A stretch of 64,000 nucleotides of DNA from Bryobacterales bacterium (GCA_963725455.1 CAVRZH010000112.1:12600-76599), one strand, 5' to 3'. Numbered from the stretch's first letter, positions 54,115 to 63,893 are shown. Program-made: numbers and translations. The notes: generated by a model not told the origin, from the letters alone.

Positions 54115-55233
54115 TTATTTCGCCGCTGCTTCCTTAGCCTCATGCCGGCGGGCGCCTCGTAATATATCGGCGAGCGCGTAATTGCCTTCGTGGCAGGCAT
54201 ATTCGTAAATCGGCTTGCTGGTCGCCGGCCAGGCGTACTCGCCGGTCCAGGGCCGGTCCCACGTTTCCGGGTCTTCCACGGTGAACCGATACAGCAGCGT
54301 TTGGTTGTCGACGCGGGTGAAACGCTCCACTACGTGGAGATTTTCCGTGGATCCGCGAAAGCGTGTCTTGTCGTTGAAATTCGTGGTGTCCACAACCAAC
54401 GTGTCGCCTTCCCAATGGCCCACCGAGTCACCCATCCAGCGGCGAATATTTTTCGGCAGATGTTGCGCGTTCATTCGCACGATGCGGGCGTCGTGTACCA
54501 TCTCGCTTAGAATCATGATCGAATCGGGAGTCTGCACAATCTGGTGCAGATCGTTATAGAAATAATCTGGAAGCGCCGGTGGCCCGGACGTGGAACCGAA
54601 CCCAAGCAGACAGCGCTCGCCTAAAGGCCGCTGCTCCGGATTATCGAACGCGCCGGGCGGTTCGGCCGTCGGGTCCTGGCTTTCGCGTGCGTCCGAGGTT
54701 GGCGCCGCCTGGGCGGCCGCTAGCCGTTTGCGCGCGATGGCATTGTAGGGAGGCACGCGTCCATCCGGCGGATCCACTACAATCGACGTTCGAATCTGAC
54801 CGTCCACCATGGTGTATGCCGAACCCTGCTGCAGCCAGAAATGATTGTAGCCACCGACGGTGCCGCCACCGGCCCGCTCCAGAATTTCAAAGAACGATTT
54901 AGGCTCGCTCTTATCGCCACCCACCGGCGGGGCGGGGCGATCCGCTGATTCCTGCTGGTTATCCTTGGCTCTGCGCGCTGTTTCAGCCTTCTCCAGCGCC
55001 TGCGCTTTCTCTTTGCTCAGAAACGGTGGATCTCCAGGCAGCCGTTCGAGCGGCGTCATCATTGAGAGATCGTAGGTGCCTCCCAGGTCCGGATGTCCGT
55101 CGGGTGTGCGAGGTCCCGGCGATTGAGCGGCCAAGGGCAGACCGGCCAAAGGAAGACCGGCCATAGAAAGAGCGGCGAAAGACAGCAGCGCAAGCGCGAG
55201 ATTCCGCATATCAATCCGCATATCACTTCGCAT
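54115..55233 (-). CDS. Secreted protein, unnamed family (paralog P3, with a ~130-aa low-complexity insertion)
   Basis: The ATG at 55233 has GGAGG 9 nt upstream, overlapping the stop of the upstream paralog. Blocks DGHPDLGGTYD, GHWEGDTLVVDTTNFND, LHVVERFTRV, VEDPETWDRPW and YACHEGN. Confidence 0.75.
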   Translation of the reverse strand: MRSDMRIDMRNLALALLSFAALSMAGLPLAGLPLAAQSPGPRTPDGHPDLGGTYDLSMMTPLERLPGDPPFLSKEKAQALEKAETARRAKDNQQESADRPAPPVGGDKSEPKSFFEILERAGGGTVGGYNHFWLQQGSAYTMVDGQIRTSIVVDPPDGRVPPYNAIARKRLAAAQAAPTSDARESQDPTAEPPGAFDNPEQRPLGERCLLGFGSTSGPPALPDYFYNDLHQIVQTPDSIMILSEMVHDARIVRMNAQHLPKNIRRWMGDSVGHWEGDTLVVDTTNFNDKTRFRGSTENLHVVERFTRVDNQTLLYRFTVEDPETWDRPWTGEYAWPATSKPIYEYACHEGNYALADILRGARRHEAKEAAAK

Positions 55234-55247
55234 AACCAGGTGCCTCC

Positions 55248-56102
55248 TTACTTGCTCAGGGGATGCTTTCGATACTGGCCATACAACAACTCTTCCACAA
55301 ACTCGGCGCACTTGAAATCCAGGAGTTGTGCATTCTTTTCCTGGCGGCGGTACAGCGGCATACTGATCCGCCATGCGCGCGTGAAGACCTCCGGATCGTC
55401 AATCGTGGCCTGGTAGGAGATTACCTCCGGACTGGTGCGGGTGTAGCGCTCCACAACGTGCAGTTTGTCGCTGTGGAAGTCCCCGGCGCGGTCAAACCAG
55501 CTCTGATCGTTGAAGCCGGTGACGTCGATCACCAGCGTTTCGCCCTCCCAGTGTCCGACGGACTGGCCCATCCAGGAATCTGTTGGAGCGGGTCCGGGAT
55601 CTTTCAGAAAAATGTTCCGCACCGCACCCGCATATTCGTAGACGAACGTCAGCGCGTTCGCGCTTTCGAGGACCTGAAACGGATACGGCATGTAGTTGGC
55701 GCGTGGCACGCCGGGGAGATAGCATTTGATCTCGGGGTCGCGGTTCAACCAGTCCTGCTGGTTCTGCTTTTTGCGCGCGAGCGCCTCGGGCTTGTAGGGG
55801 ATCTCGCCGCCCTCCACCACGCCCAGGCCGGGCGGGACTGCGCCGACCGAGCCCAGCGCCAGGACAGCAGCGGCCGGCACCGGACCGTATGGCCCGGGGC
55901 GCAGCGCCAGCGCAGGCCGTGCGTCGTGACCTTGCAGGTCGTAATTCGCTTCGTTGAGCGCCTGCCAGATTCCGTTCAGATCGGGCTTGCCGCCGGGCCC
56001 GAGTGGCGCGTGATAAGACTGCCCGGCCAGCGGCATCACGCCGATCGCTACGATTGCCGCCAGGGCGCATCTGGCTTTGGGTCTGCGAGGGATTCTTCTC
56101 AT
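55248..56102 (-). CDS. Secreted protein, unnamed family (paralog P4)
   Basis: Blocks GGKPDLNGIWQAL, KCYLPGVPR, GHWEGETLVIDVTGFND, HSDKLHVVERYTRT, IDDPEVFTRAW and FKCAEF. Confidence 0.75.
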   Translation of the reverse strand: MRRIPRRPKARCALAAIVAIGVMPLAGQSYHAPLGPGGKPDLNGIWQALNEANYDLQGHDARPALALRPGPYGPVPAAAVLALGSVGAVPPGLGVVEGGEIPYKPEALARKKQNQQDWLNRDPEIKCYLPGVPRANYMPYPFQVLESANALTFVYEYAGAVRNIFLKDPGPAPTDSWMGQSVGHWEGETLVIDVTGFNDQSWFDRAGDFHSDKLHVVERYTRTSPEVISYQATIDDPEVFTRAWRISMPLYRRQEKNAQLLDFKCAEFVEELLYGQYRKHPLSK

Positions 56103-56119
56103 GGAACCGAACCGGTTCC
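56103..56119 (-). promoter_or_regulatory. 7-bp stem / 3-nt loop hairpin abutting the start codon of paralog P4
   Basis: On the plus strand GGAACCG AAC CGGTTCC lies at 56103-56119, immediately 5' (on the minus strand) of the ATG at 56100-56102. I saw no Shine-Dalgarno sequence. Confidence 0.35.
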
Positions 56120-56153
56120 GATCATTATCACTCGCCCGCGAGTCGCGTGCTTG

Positions 56154-57779
56154 TTAGTTCGCTTCCGGCACCATTTCGATCGCGCCGCAAGGGCATTCTT
56201 GCGCGCACAATCCACAGCCCTGGCAGTAATCGTAGTCGAAGCGGAAGCGCTGGCCCGGCCCCAACTTCACAACCGCGTTCTCCGCGCATACATTCAGGCA
56301 GTTGTCGCACTCATAGCAGTTCCCGCAGGACAGGCAGCGCTGCGCTTCTAAGCGTGCATTGGAGTGATCCAGTCCTCCGATGACTTCGTCGAAAGTGGAT
56401 CGGCGGAGTTCCATGTCCAACACCGGCTGCACAGTCTCGGCAGCATGCTGATAATGCCAGGTACTCAGCCGGTCGAACGTGGCGACAGCGTGCTGGGGCG
56501 CCGGCGTATACACGGTTCCTCTCAGCCATGCGTCGATATTGCGCGCCGCTTTTTTGCCGTGGCCGATCGCTACCGTCACGGTGCGCTCGCACGGAACCAT
56601 ATCGCCCCCAGCGAATACGCCCGGGCTTCCAGTCATCATCCGCGCGTCCACTTTCACCACGCCGTTCACCATCTCCAGGCCACGTACATTTTGCAGGAAG
56701 CGCAGATCCACTTCCTGGCCTAGCGCCAGAACCAGCGAGTCCGCCTCAATCCGCTCGAATTCTCCGGTGGGCTGCGGGAAGCCGGCCTCGTCCAGTTTCA
56801 TCTTCTCCACGACAAACGCGTGTTCTTCGGCTTCTTTTATGGTGGATAACCACTGGATACGGATGCCCTCATCCAGCGCCTCCTGCACTTCGAAGTCGTG
56901 CGCGGGCATCTTCTCGCGGGTGCGCCGATAAATAATCAGGGACTCAGCGGCGCCCAGCCGCGTTGCGGTGCGCGCTACATCCAGCGCCGTATTACCGCCG
57001 CCATAAATCAGGACCCGGCGGCCCAGAAGCGGCTTTTCGTCCGATTCCATACTCCGCAGAACGCTGAGCGCGTCCACAATTCTGGTTGCGTCGGCGGCCG
57101 GGATGGACACTCGCTTGGCCTGGTGGGCGCCCACCGCGAGGAATGCCGCATCGAAGCCGCCATCGCGCATTTGGGCGGAAAGATCGACTACTTTGGCAGA
57201 GAGCAGGATCTCGACTCCCATGGCCTCAATGCGTGCGATCTCGGCGTCCAGAATATGGCGCGGCAACCGATACTTGGGAATGCCAAAACGCAGCATGCCG
57301 CCGGACTGGGGAGCGCATTCCCGAATCGTCACAGCGTGCCCAAGCCGCCTCAAGTGGTACGCGGCGCATAAACCCGAGGGGCCAGCCCCTACTACTAATA
57401 CGCGCCTTCCGGTCGACGGCGCGGAGACGTCGAACTTCCAACCTTGCCGGATGGCTTCATCGCCTAAGAATCGCTCCACCGCGTGGATGCCGACCGTCTG
57501 ATCGAACTGTGCACGGTTACAGGCTCCCTCGCAAGGGTGATAGCAGACCCGCCCCACTACGGCGGGAAGGGGATTGTCGAGCGTCAAGGTGTTCCACGCT
57601 GCGCGATACTCGCCCGATTGGGCTTGATTTAACCAGGCCTGAATATTCTCGCCCGCGGGGCATGCCTGGTTACAGGGCGGCAAGCGGTCCCTGTAAACCG
57701 GGCGTTCGGAGCGCCAGGCACCTACGGATTTCGCGACATGGGAGCTAGCTTCGGGCTGGATTGACGGCTGGTTCGGCAT
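56154..57779 (-). CDS. GltD-like NAD(P)H-dependent Fe-S flavoprotein with C-terminal 2x[4Fe-4S] ferredoxin domain
   Basis: N-terminal Cys clusters (CNQACPAGENI, CYHPCEGAC), the dinucleotide fold VLVVGAGPSGLCAAYHL, a second VLIYGGGNTALDVA, and C-terminal CLSCGNCYECDNC plus CQGCGLCAQECPC. Confidence 0.85.
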   Translation of the reverse strand: MPNQPSIQPEASSHVAKSVGAWRSERPVYRDRLPPCNQACPAGENIQAWLNQAQSGEYRAAWNTLTLDNPLPAVVGRVCYHPCEGACNRAQFDQTVGIHAVERFLGDEAIRQGWKFDVSAPSTGRRVLVVGAGPSGLCAAYHLRRLGHAVTIRECAPQSGGMLRFGIPKYRLPRHILDAEIARIEAMGVEILLSAKVVDLSAQMRDGGFDAAFLAVGAHQAKRVSIPAADATRIVDALSVLRSMESDEKPLLGRRVLIYGGGNTALDVARTATRLGAAESLIIYRRTREKMPAHDFEVQEALDEGIRIQWLSTIKEAEEHAFVVEKMKLDEAGFPQPTGEFERIEADSLVLALGQEVDLRFLQNVRGLEMVNGVVKVDARMMTGSPGVFAGGDMVPCERTVTVAIGHGKKAARNIDAWLRGTVYTPAPQHAVATFDRLSTWHYQHAAETVQPVLDMELRRSTFDEVIGGLDHSNARLEAQRCLSCGNCYECDNCLNVCAENAVVKLGPGQRFRFDYDYCQGCGLCAQECPCGAIEMVPEAN

Positions 57780-57917
57780 AAGTCAGGCTCTCGGAGGGAT
57801 ACTGCATGTGGACAACCACCCCGAGACCTTCTAGCTCGAACCATTGGCGTACTCATCCTGGCGGAGATCCCCGGACTGCGCCATATTGCGCATGGGCTGT
57901 GGGGTGAAAACTTCCAG

Positions 57918-60335
57918 TCAGTCCGCAACCCGCAACGAGAGCAAGCCGGCTAATTCCCGAAATTGCCCAGCCCAGCGCGCATCCTGCTTTTCGTGCGCCG
58001 CTTTCTCTCGAACTTGGGGATAGACCTTCTGGAGTACTTCGTAGCAGCGGTTCTGCACCGACCAAAGCACCAACGGAAATGGCAACGAACGCGCCGCCAC
58101 CAGGTTGTCATGGAATTTCGTAAGACGCGCCAGATTTCTGGGATCTTCAAAGAAGTGATCGGCGCCTTTTTCAAGATTGCGGCGCAGAACAATTTCCAGG
58201 CCGCCCTGATCCAGGGGAATTCCGGCGATGCGCATCTCTTCCAACAGACCCTGGATGGTGGTTCTATCAAGTTCGGCGGCAGCCAGCGCCTGCCGTAGCA
58301 GGCCGTTCAAAGCTACTTCGGCCGCGGCTTTGAGTTCACGGGGGATCGGAATGCCGCAATCGCTCATGAACCTCAGCAACTGGGCCTGATCTTCATAGAT
58401 CTCGCGAGCCACCGAGAAAGAATGCTCCACGGTGGACTCCAGTACTTCGGTCAAAACCTTGCGTTGCTCGTCGCGGAATAGATTCTTGAGCGAATAGGTG
58501 TGGTCGGCAAATCCCTGGTCCAGGCAATGAATAGTGGCCGCCAGGTCCGAACGGCTGAAGGCATCGCGAGTAGACTTGCTCAGCTCGCGATAAGCTTCCT
58601 CGGAACGGTACAGAGCCACTCCGCCGTGCAGATTGTGGTCTCCGAAATGGAGCACGCCGAACGTCAGCATTTCCGAATCCTGCGTAATTTCCGAGGTGAA
58701 CCGGGCCTTGCCGAACGCTAGCCGCATTTTGCCCGAGCGCTTTAGGCGGTAGTCCTTGTTGTCCACCGAATAGGCGTAAATGCGCGTGTTCTCCGGATAG
58801 CTTTCAAATAACGAACTCATGGCGTAATGCGCACCCAGTTTGAGCAGATCCACGCTGGCGGGCTTCACAAACTTTTCGTAAACCGCGGCGCCGTCGCCGT
58901 GCTGGGGTATGTTGCTCTGAGCCAACGCCAGTTTTTCGAGAAACCCACGCTCCATGTCTTTGCCGAAAAGCTCATGGGCCAATTGCACCACCCGGCCGGC
59001 ATACTGCATCACCTGCACCGTTTCGATGCCCGTCAGCTCGTCGAAGAACCAGCCGCAACTGGTATACATCAGCATGGCGTGCCGCTCCATTTCGAGCAGT
59101 TTCCAGGCCTTTACGCGATCGCCGCTCTTCAGCGACTTGCGCCTGAAATTGGCTGCCGCGAAGCGCTCACGGCTTTCGGGCGAACGGTCCAGGATCACGT
59201 GAATATAGTTGTTGCGCGCCGCCCAGGGATCTTTGAACAAACGCCCGGCCATTTTTTCGTAGCAGGGAGTGATCTCATCCCGCAGCCAGTCCAATGCCGC
59301 CCGCAGGGGTGCGCGCCATTCCTGGTTCCAATCGCCATGCCCCCCGGAGTTGCAGCCGCAGTTATTGTTCCAGCGGCCCACCCCGTGGACGCAGCTCCAC
59401 GCCGTGTTCTCCAGGATCTCCACCTCGTGCTGGGCCGGAAACTTCTCCAGAAACTCGCCGTAGTTGGTGACCTTCGCCAACCCGCTGGACTCAATGTGAT
59501 CCAGCGCATAAGCCAGCGCCATGTCGCCGAACGCGTGGTGATGCCCGTAGGTTTCTCCGTCGGTGGCGATGTGGGCCAACTGCGGACCTTCGCGTTGATC
59601 TGACAACGCATCCACAAGCCGCCGGGCGAAGCGTTCACCGTTGCTTAACAAGCGTTCAAACGCCACCGCCTGGGATACCGGTCCGTCGTAGAAAAATAGA
59701 TGGATGGAGCGGCCGGAAGGCAGCTTCTGGCGGTAGGCGCGCGCCGGGTCGATCCGCTGGCCGGTTACGTCGGCACCGTCCATGGACTTGGCCTGCGAGG
59801 GCGCCAGAATGGTGAACTGGACGCCGTGTTTGGCCATTAGATCCAGCGTTTCCAGATCTACGGCGGTTTCGGGAAGCCACATGCCTTCCGGATCGCGGCC
59901 GAAGCGGAAGCGGAAATCTTCGATGCCCCAGATCACCTGCGTCAGCTTGTCGCGCGCATTGGCGAGCGGCATGATCATGTGGTTGTAGCACTGCGCGAGC
60001 GCCGAACCATGTCCTGAGAATCGCTGCGCGCTGGCACGGTCGGCCTCTAAGATTGCTTGATACGCCTCCGGCGCCTTGTCCTTCATCCAGGAGAGCAGAG
60101 TGGGGCCGAAGTTGAAGCTGATGCTGGAGTAATTGCTGACAATTTTTGCGATGCGGCCTTCTAAGTCCAAAATTCGGGCGGCGCTATTCGGTGCGTAGCA
60201 CTCCGCTGTGATGCGCTCGTTCCAATCGTGATAGGGCGCCGCGGAGTCCTGGAGCTCGATCGCTTCCAGCCACGGGTTCTCGCGGGGCGGCTGATAGAAG
60301 TGGCCGTGAATGCAGAGATAGCGGTCTTGGTTCAC
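57918..60335 (-). CDS. Glycoside hydrolase family 57 alpha-glucan-active enzyme with C-terminal DUF3536-like region
   Basis: YLCIHGHFYQPPRENPW is the GH57 N-terminal hallmark. I chose the GTG at 60333-60335, which forms a GTGA overlap with the ybjQ-like stop (the track ORF uses TTG at 60377). Confidence 0.9.
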   Translation of the reverse strand: MNQDRYLCIHGHFYQPPRENPWLEAIELQDSAAPYHDWNERITAECYAPNSAARILDLEGRIAKIVSNYSSISFNFGPTLLSWMKDKAPEAYQAILEADRASAQRFSGHGSALAQCYNHMIMPLANARDKLTQVIWGIEDFRFRFGRDPEGMWLPETAVDLETLDLMAKHGVQFTILAPSQAKSMDGADVTGQRIDPARAYRQKLPSGRSIHLFFYDGPVSQAVAFERLLSNGERFARRLVDALSDQREGPQLAHIATDGETYGHHHAFGDMALAYALDHIESSGLAKVTNYGEFLEKFPAQHEVEILENTAWSCVHGVGRWNNNCGCNSGGHGDWNQEWRAPLRAALDWLRDEITPCYEKMAGRLFKDPWAARNNYIHVILDRSPESRERFAAANFRRKSLKSGDRVKAWKLLEMERHAMLMYTSCGWFFDELTGIETVQVMQYAGRVVQLAHELFGKDMERGFLEKLALAQSNIPQHGDGAAVYEKFVKPASVDLLKLGAHYAMSSLFESYPENTRIYAYSVDNKDYRLKRSGKMRLAFGKARFTSEITQDSEMLTFGVLHFGDHNLHGGVALYRSEEAYRELSKSTRDAFSRSDLAATIHCLDQGFADHTYSLKNLFRDEQRKVLTEVLESTVEHSFSVAREIYEDQAQLLRFMSDCGIPIPRELKAAAEVALNGLLRQALAAAELDRTTIQGLLEEMRIAGIPLDQGGLEIVLRRNLEKGADHFFEDPRNLARLTKFHDNLVAARSLPFPLVLWSVQNRCYEVLQKVYPQVREKAAHEKQDARWAGQFRELAGLLSLRVAD

Positions 60336-60691
60336 GTGCGAGATGCCGGCTTCACCACCACGGCGGTGCCGTAACAAAGCACCTCAGTCACTCCTTGCAT
60401 GATTTCCGTCGCGTCATAGCGAACTCCTACCACCGCGTTGGCGCCCAGTTGAGCGGCGTGCTGTGCCATGCGCTGGTAGGCGTGGGCACGGGTTTCCTCG
60501 CAGAGATTGGTAAAGAGCGTGATGTCGCCGCCCACCATGGTTTGCAGGCTGGCGCCCAGGGTTCCGAAAATGGAGCGGGACCGCACGATAATGCCACGTA
60601 CGATCCCGATGGTACGGTCAATGGCGAAGCCATCCAGCGTAAACGCGGTGGTCACCATGGAATCGAGCACGGCTAGTGAATCGTCAGCCAT
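60332..60691 (-). CDS. YbjQ/UPF0145 family protein
   Basis: IVRGIIVRSRSIFGTLGASLQTMVGGDITLFTNLCEETRAHAYQRMAQHAAQLGANAVVGVRYD is a close match to the YbjQ_1 pattern. Confidence 0.85.
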   Translation of the reverse strand: MADDSLAVLDSMVTTAFTLDGFAIDRTIGIVRGIIVRSRSIFGTLGASLQTMVGGDITLFTNLCEETRAHAYQRMAQHAAQLGANAVVGVRYDATEIMQGVTEVLCYGTAVVVKPASRT

Positions 60692-60812
60692 CGCGGTAAG
60701 GCTAGTATTTTAGCATTGGCCGCGGCAGTGGCGGTTCGGACGGGGCGCCAAACATAGAGCGACCGCGCGGCCGGGTTGGCCCACCGCTTCCATAGGTTTG
60801 CTCTCGAGGCTG

Positions 60813-61109
60813 TTACTGCGGCTTGTTCCCCTCGAGTTTCCCAACACGCTCCGAGAGCGATTCCATCTCCAGATCGATAGCGCGCAATGCCGCCGCGTGG
60901 GTACGCTGGCGTGCGTCGGAAGGAGATGCCCAATTGTGAAAGGCGGTCAGCAGCTTCGTTTCCGTGATCTCGACTCGTTCGTCAACGTACGTTCGCAATC
61001 GAGTCTCCATCGCGTCAAGTCGTGTTTGCAATCCAGTTTCAACGCCATCGATGCGCGCAGTGAGACGACCCTCAAGCTGCGTGAACGCCTGTTGTAAATC
61101 CTGATCCAC
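60813..61109 (-). CDS. Small coiled-coil hypothetical protein
   Basis: 98 aa with heptad-like repeats (LEGRLTARIDGVETGLQTRLDAMETRLRTYVDERV). Divergent from glgP. There is no homology call, and coding status rests on ORF length and position only. Confidence 0.45.
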   Translation of the reverse strand: MDQDLQQAFTQLEGRLTARIDGVETGLQTRLDAMETRLRTYVDERVEITETKLLTAFHNWASPSDARQRTHAAALRAIDLEMESLSERVGKLEGNKPQ

Positions 61110-61343
61110 GAGCTCAGCTTAGCACTTTCCCCTTTCCGCAATTTTCCACCGTTCACCCTAGGCGAAATTCGCCACCTGCCGATGGAATTAAGTAGGCGAG
61201 GAGGGGGAGCGGCGGTCGCGCCGCTTGAAGAGAAATTAATGGAGCGTATCTAACTGATTATGCAGCCGACCATTACGGGAGCCACGTCCAAGGTATGGGC
61301 GCGCTCATGCCCGGTGTTATATTTGAGAGTCAATCGTTAGTCC

Positions 61344-63893
61344 ATGCCCTTTCAGATTCAACCGGTTAAGGAATTCCTTGTCCGGCCTGCGTTACCGTCT
61401 ACTATCGCTCGAATGAGCGACCTTGCGTATAACGTGTTGTGGAGCTGGGATCACACGGTGCGATCCTTATTCCGGAGGCTGGATTCGGCGCTTTGGAGGA
61501 ATTGCGGCCACAATCCCGTTCTGATGTTAGGGCGGGTGCCCCAAGCCACCCTGGAACGCGCCGCCGCCGACCCGCGATTTCTGGCGGCCTATCGCCGGGC
61601 GTGCGACCGCTATTCCACCTATCTGGAACGCCCGGAGCTGGCGGACAGCCGGCTGATCGCGTACTTTTCCATGGAGTACGGGCTGGTGGAGTGCATGCCA
61701 ATCTACGGCGGAGGATTGGGTGTTCTCTCCGGCGATCATTTGAAGGCGGCCAGCGATGGCGCCGTTCCGCTGGTTGGTGTGGGTCTGTTGTACCAAAAAG
61801 GCTACTTACAGCAGTCCCTGAATCCGGACGGCTGGCAACAGGAGCGCAACCCGGTCAACGATTTCTACACGCTTCCGGTCCGGCCGGTTCGCAGCGAACA
61901 GGGCAAGGACGTGATGGTCACCGTGAAGCTTCCAACCGGCGATGTTTCCATCAAAGTGTGGAGCATCGACGTGGGACGCGTGAAGCTCTATCTGCTGGAT
62001 ACCAACGTTCCCGAGAATGAGCGCCCGGAAGATCGCGAAATCACCGCGCAGCTTTATGGCGGCGACAATCTAACCCGCATCCGCCAGGAGATTGTCTTAG
62101 GGATCGGCGGCCTGCGCGCTCTGGACCGGCTCAATCTGAAACCCACCGTATGGCATATGAACGAAGGGCATTCGGCGTTTCTGGCCATCGAGCGTATTCG
62201 CCGGTTCATCAAAGAGTACAAGCTCACTTTCGAGGAGGCTTACGAGGCCTGCCGCTCCAACAGCGTCTTCACCACGCACACCCCGGTTCCGGCCGGTATC
62301 GATTTGTTCGATCCGGGACTGCTGTACGAATATTTTGGCGAGTATTGCTCGGAGAGCGGTATTCCTTTCGAGAAGTTCCTGGCCCTTGGCCGCTTCCGTC
62401 CCGAGAATCATCACGAGCCGTTTTCCATGGCCATCTCGGCCATTCAGACCTCGGCGTTCCGCAATGCGGTGAGCAGCCTGCATCGACAGGTTTCGCAGGA
62501 AATGTGGCAAGAGCTGTGGCCGAAGCTGCCGGTGTGGGAAGTGCCGATTACCTCGGTAACCAACGGCGTTCATCTGCTGACCTGGCTTAATGGCGATCTG
62601 GCCCAGCTTTACGATCAGCACCTGCAGCCGGACTGGCGCGAGCGAAATTCAGACCCGCGCATCTGGGATTTGGTGGAGGACATTCCGCAGCAGGAGCTTT
62701 GGGAAGCCCATCGGCGCCGTAAACGTTACCTGGTTTCCTTTGTGCGCGAGCGCGTGGTGGCCGCTGCCATGGGGCGCAAGGCTCCTGCCGCGGAGCAGCG
62801 GCGTTTAGCCGAAGTGCTGGACCCGGACACCCTGACCATCGGCTTTGCGCGCCGGTTCGCAACTTACAAACGCGCGACGCTGCTGTTCCGGGATCTCGAT
62901 CGGCTCAAGCGGCTCCTGACTAATCCCGAGCGTCCGGTGCAGATCGTGATTGCCGGTAAGGCGCATCCCCGGGACTTGCCGGGAAAGACGCTGATTCGCG
63001 AAATCGTGCAACTTTCCCGCGCGCCCGAGATTGCCAAGCACATCGTCTTCGTGGAGGACTACAGCATCGAGGTGGCCCGTGAATTGGTTCAGGGTGTGGA
63101 CTTGTGGCTGAACACCCCGCGGCGCGGCGAGGAGGCCTGCGGGACCAGCGGCATGAAAGCGGGCATCAACGGCGTGCTGAACCTGAGCATCCTGGATGGC
63201 TGGTTCGATGAAGGCTATGAGATCTCGGGCGGCTGGGCCATCGGTGACCGCGAGCCTTACTCCGACGACCAGGACGAGATTCACGCGCGCGCTATCTATT
63301 CCATACTCGAAAACGAAATTGTGCCGATGTACTACCAGGACCGCGAGGGCGGTGTGCCGGTGGAGTGGATGCGGCGGGTGAAGCAGTCGCTCATGCATCT
63401 CAGCCACCAGTTCAACTCCGGACGCATGGTGGGTGAGTACCTCGCGCAGCTGTATGAGCCTGCCCATCAAGCTTACTTGGATGTGTCCCACGATTGTTTC
63501 CAGCCGGCGCGCGATCGGGCTGGGTGGAACCACCGGGTCCACGAGGTATGGGAGAAGGTTAAATTTGTCGAAATCGGTCCCGGGCCCGATTTGTCCGTTT
63601 TGACGGGCCTTCCCATTCCTGTAAGGGCGGTGGTGAACCTGGCCGGACTGTCGCCCAGGGATGTGCGTGTGGAGGCTGTGGTCGGCCGTATCGGTGTCAA
63701 CGGGAATCTCGAAGAAACTCAGGTGATGACGCTTCCGGCGGTGGAGCAAGCCGGCAACGAATATGTGTTCTTAAAAGAGTTCGTGCCGCATCAAACAGGC
63801 AGGCTAGGGTATTCGCTACGAATTAGTCCGAATCACTACGATGATCCTCTGACCCGGCCCTGCAACTCGTTGCTGAAATGGAGCTCTGATTGA
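61344..63893 (+). CDS. glgP: Alpha-glucan phosphorylase (GT35, DUF3417-containing bacterial type)
   Basis: The N-terminal [18 protein letters not shown], the [25 protein letters not shown] pyridoxal-phosphate lysine region, and the 849-aa length. Confidence 0.9.
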   Translation: MPFQIQPVKEFLVRPALPSTIARMSDLAYNVLWSWDHTVRSLFRRLDSALWRNCGHNPVLMLGRVPQATLERAAADPRFLAAYRRACDRYSTYLERPELADSRLIAYFSMEYGLVECMPIYGGGLGVLSGDHLKAASDGAVPLVGVGLLYQKGYLQQSLNPDGWQQERNPVNDFYTLPVRPVRSEQGKDVMVTVKLPTGDVSIKVWSIDVGRVKLYLLDTNVPENERPEDREITAQLYGGDNLTRIRQEIVLGIGGLRALDRLNLKPTVWHMNEGHSAFLAIERIRRFIKEYKLTFEEAYEACRSNSVFTTHTPVPAGIDLFDPGLLYEYFGEYCSESGIPFEKFLALGRFRPENHHEPFSMAISAIQTSAFRNAVSSLHRQVSQEMWQELWPKLPVWEVPITSVTNGVHLLTWLNGDLAQLYDQHLQPDWRERNSDPRIWDLVEDIPQQELWEAHRRRKRYLVSFVRERVVAAAMGRKAPAAEQRRLAEVLDPDTLTIGFARRFATYKRATLLFRDLDRLKRLLTNPERPVQIVIAGKAHPRDLPGKTLIREIVQLSRAPEIAKHIVFVEDYSIEVARELVQGVDLWLNTPRRGEEACGTSGMKAGINGVLNLSILDGWFDEGYEISGGWAIGDREPYSDDQDEIHARAIYSILENEIVPMYYQDREGGVPVEWMRRVKQSLMHLSHQFNSGRMVGEYLAQLYEPAHQAYLDVSHDCFQPARDRAGWNHRVHEVWEKVKFVEIGPGPDLSVLTGLPIPVRAVVNLAGLSPRDVRVEAVVGRIGVNGNLEETQVMTLPAVEQAGNEYVFLKEFVPHQTGRLGYSLRISPNHYDDPLTRPCNSLLKWSSD

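Noticed and set aside
54115-55374. Full-length track ORF for paralog P3, which would overlap the upstream paralog by 127 nt.
   Set aside because: The extension (MADQYAAVPPPGKECTT...) has no signal peptide. The internal ATG at 55233 has a strong GGAGG at 9 nt and yields a signal peptide.
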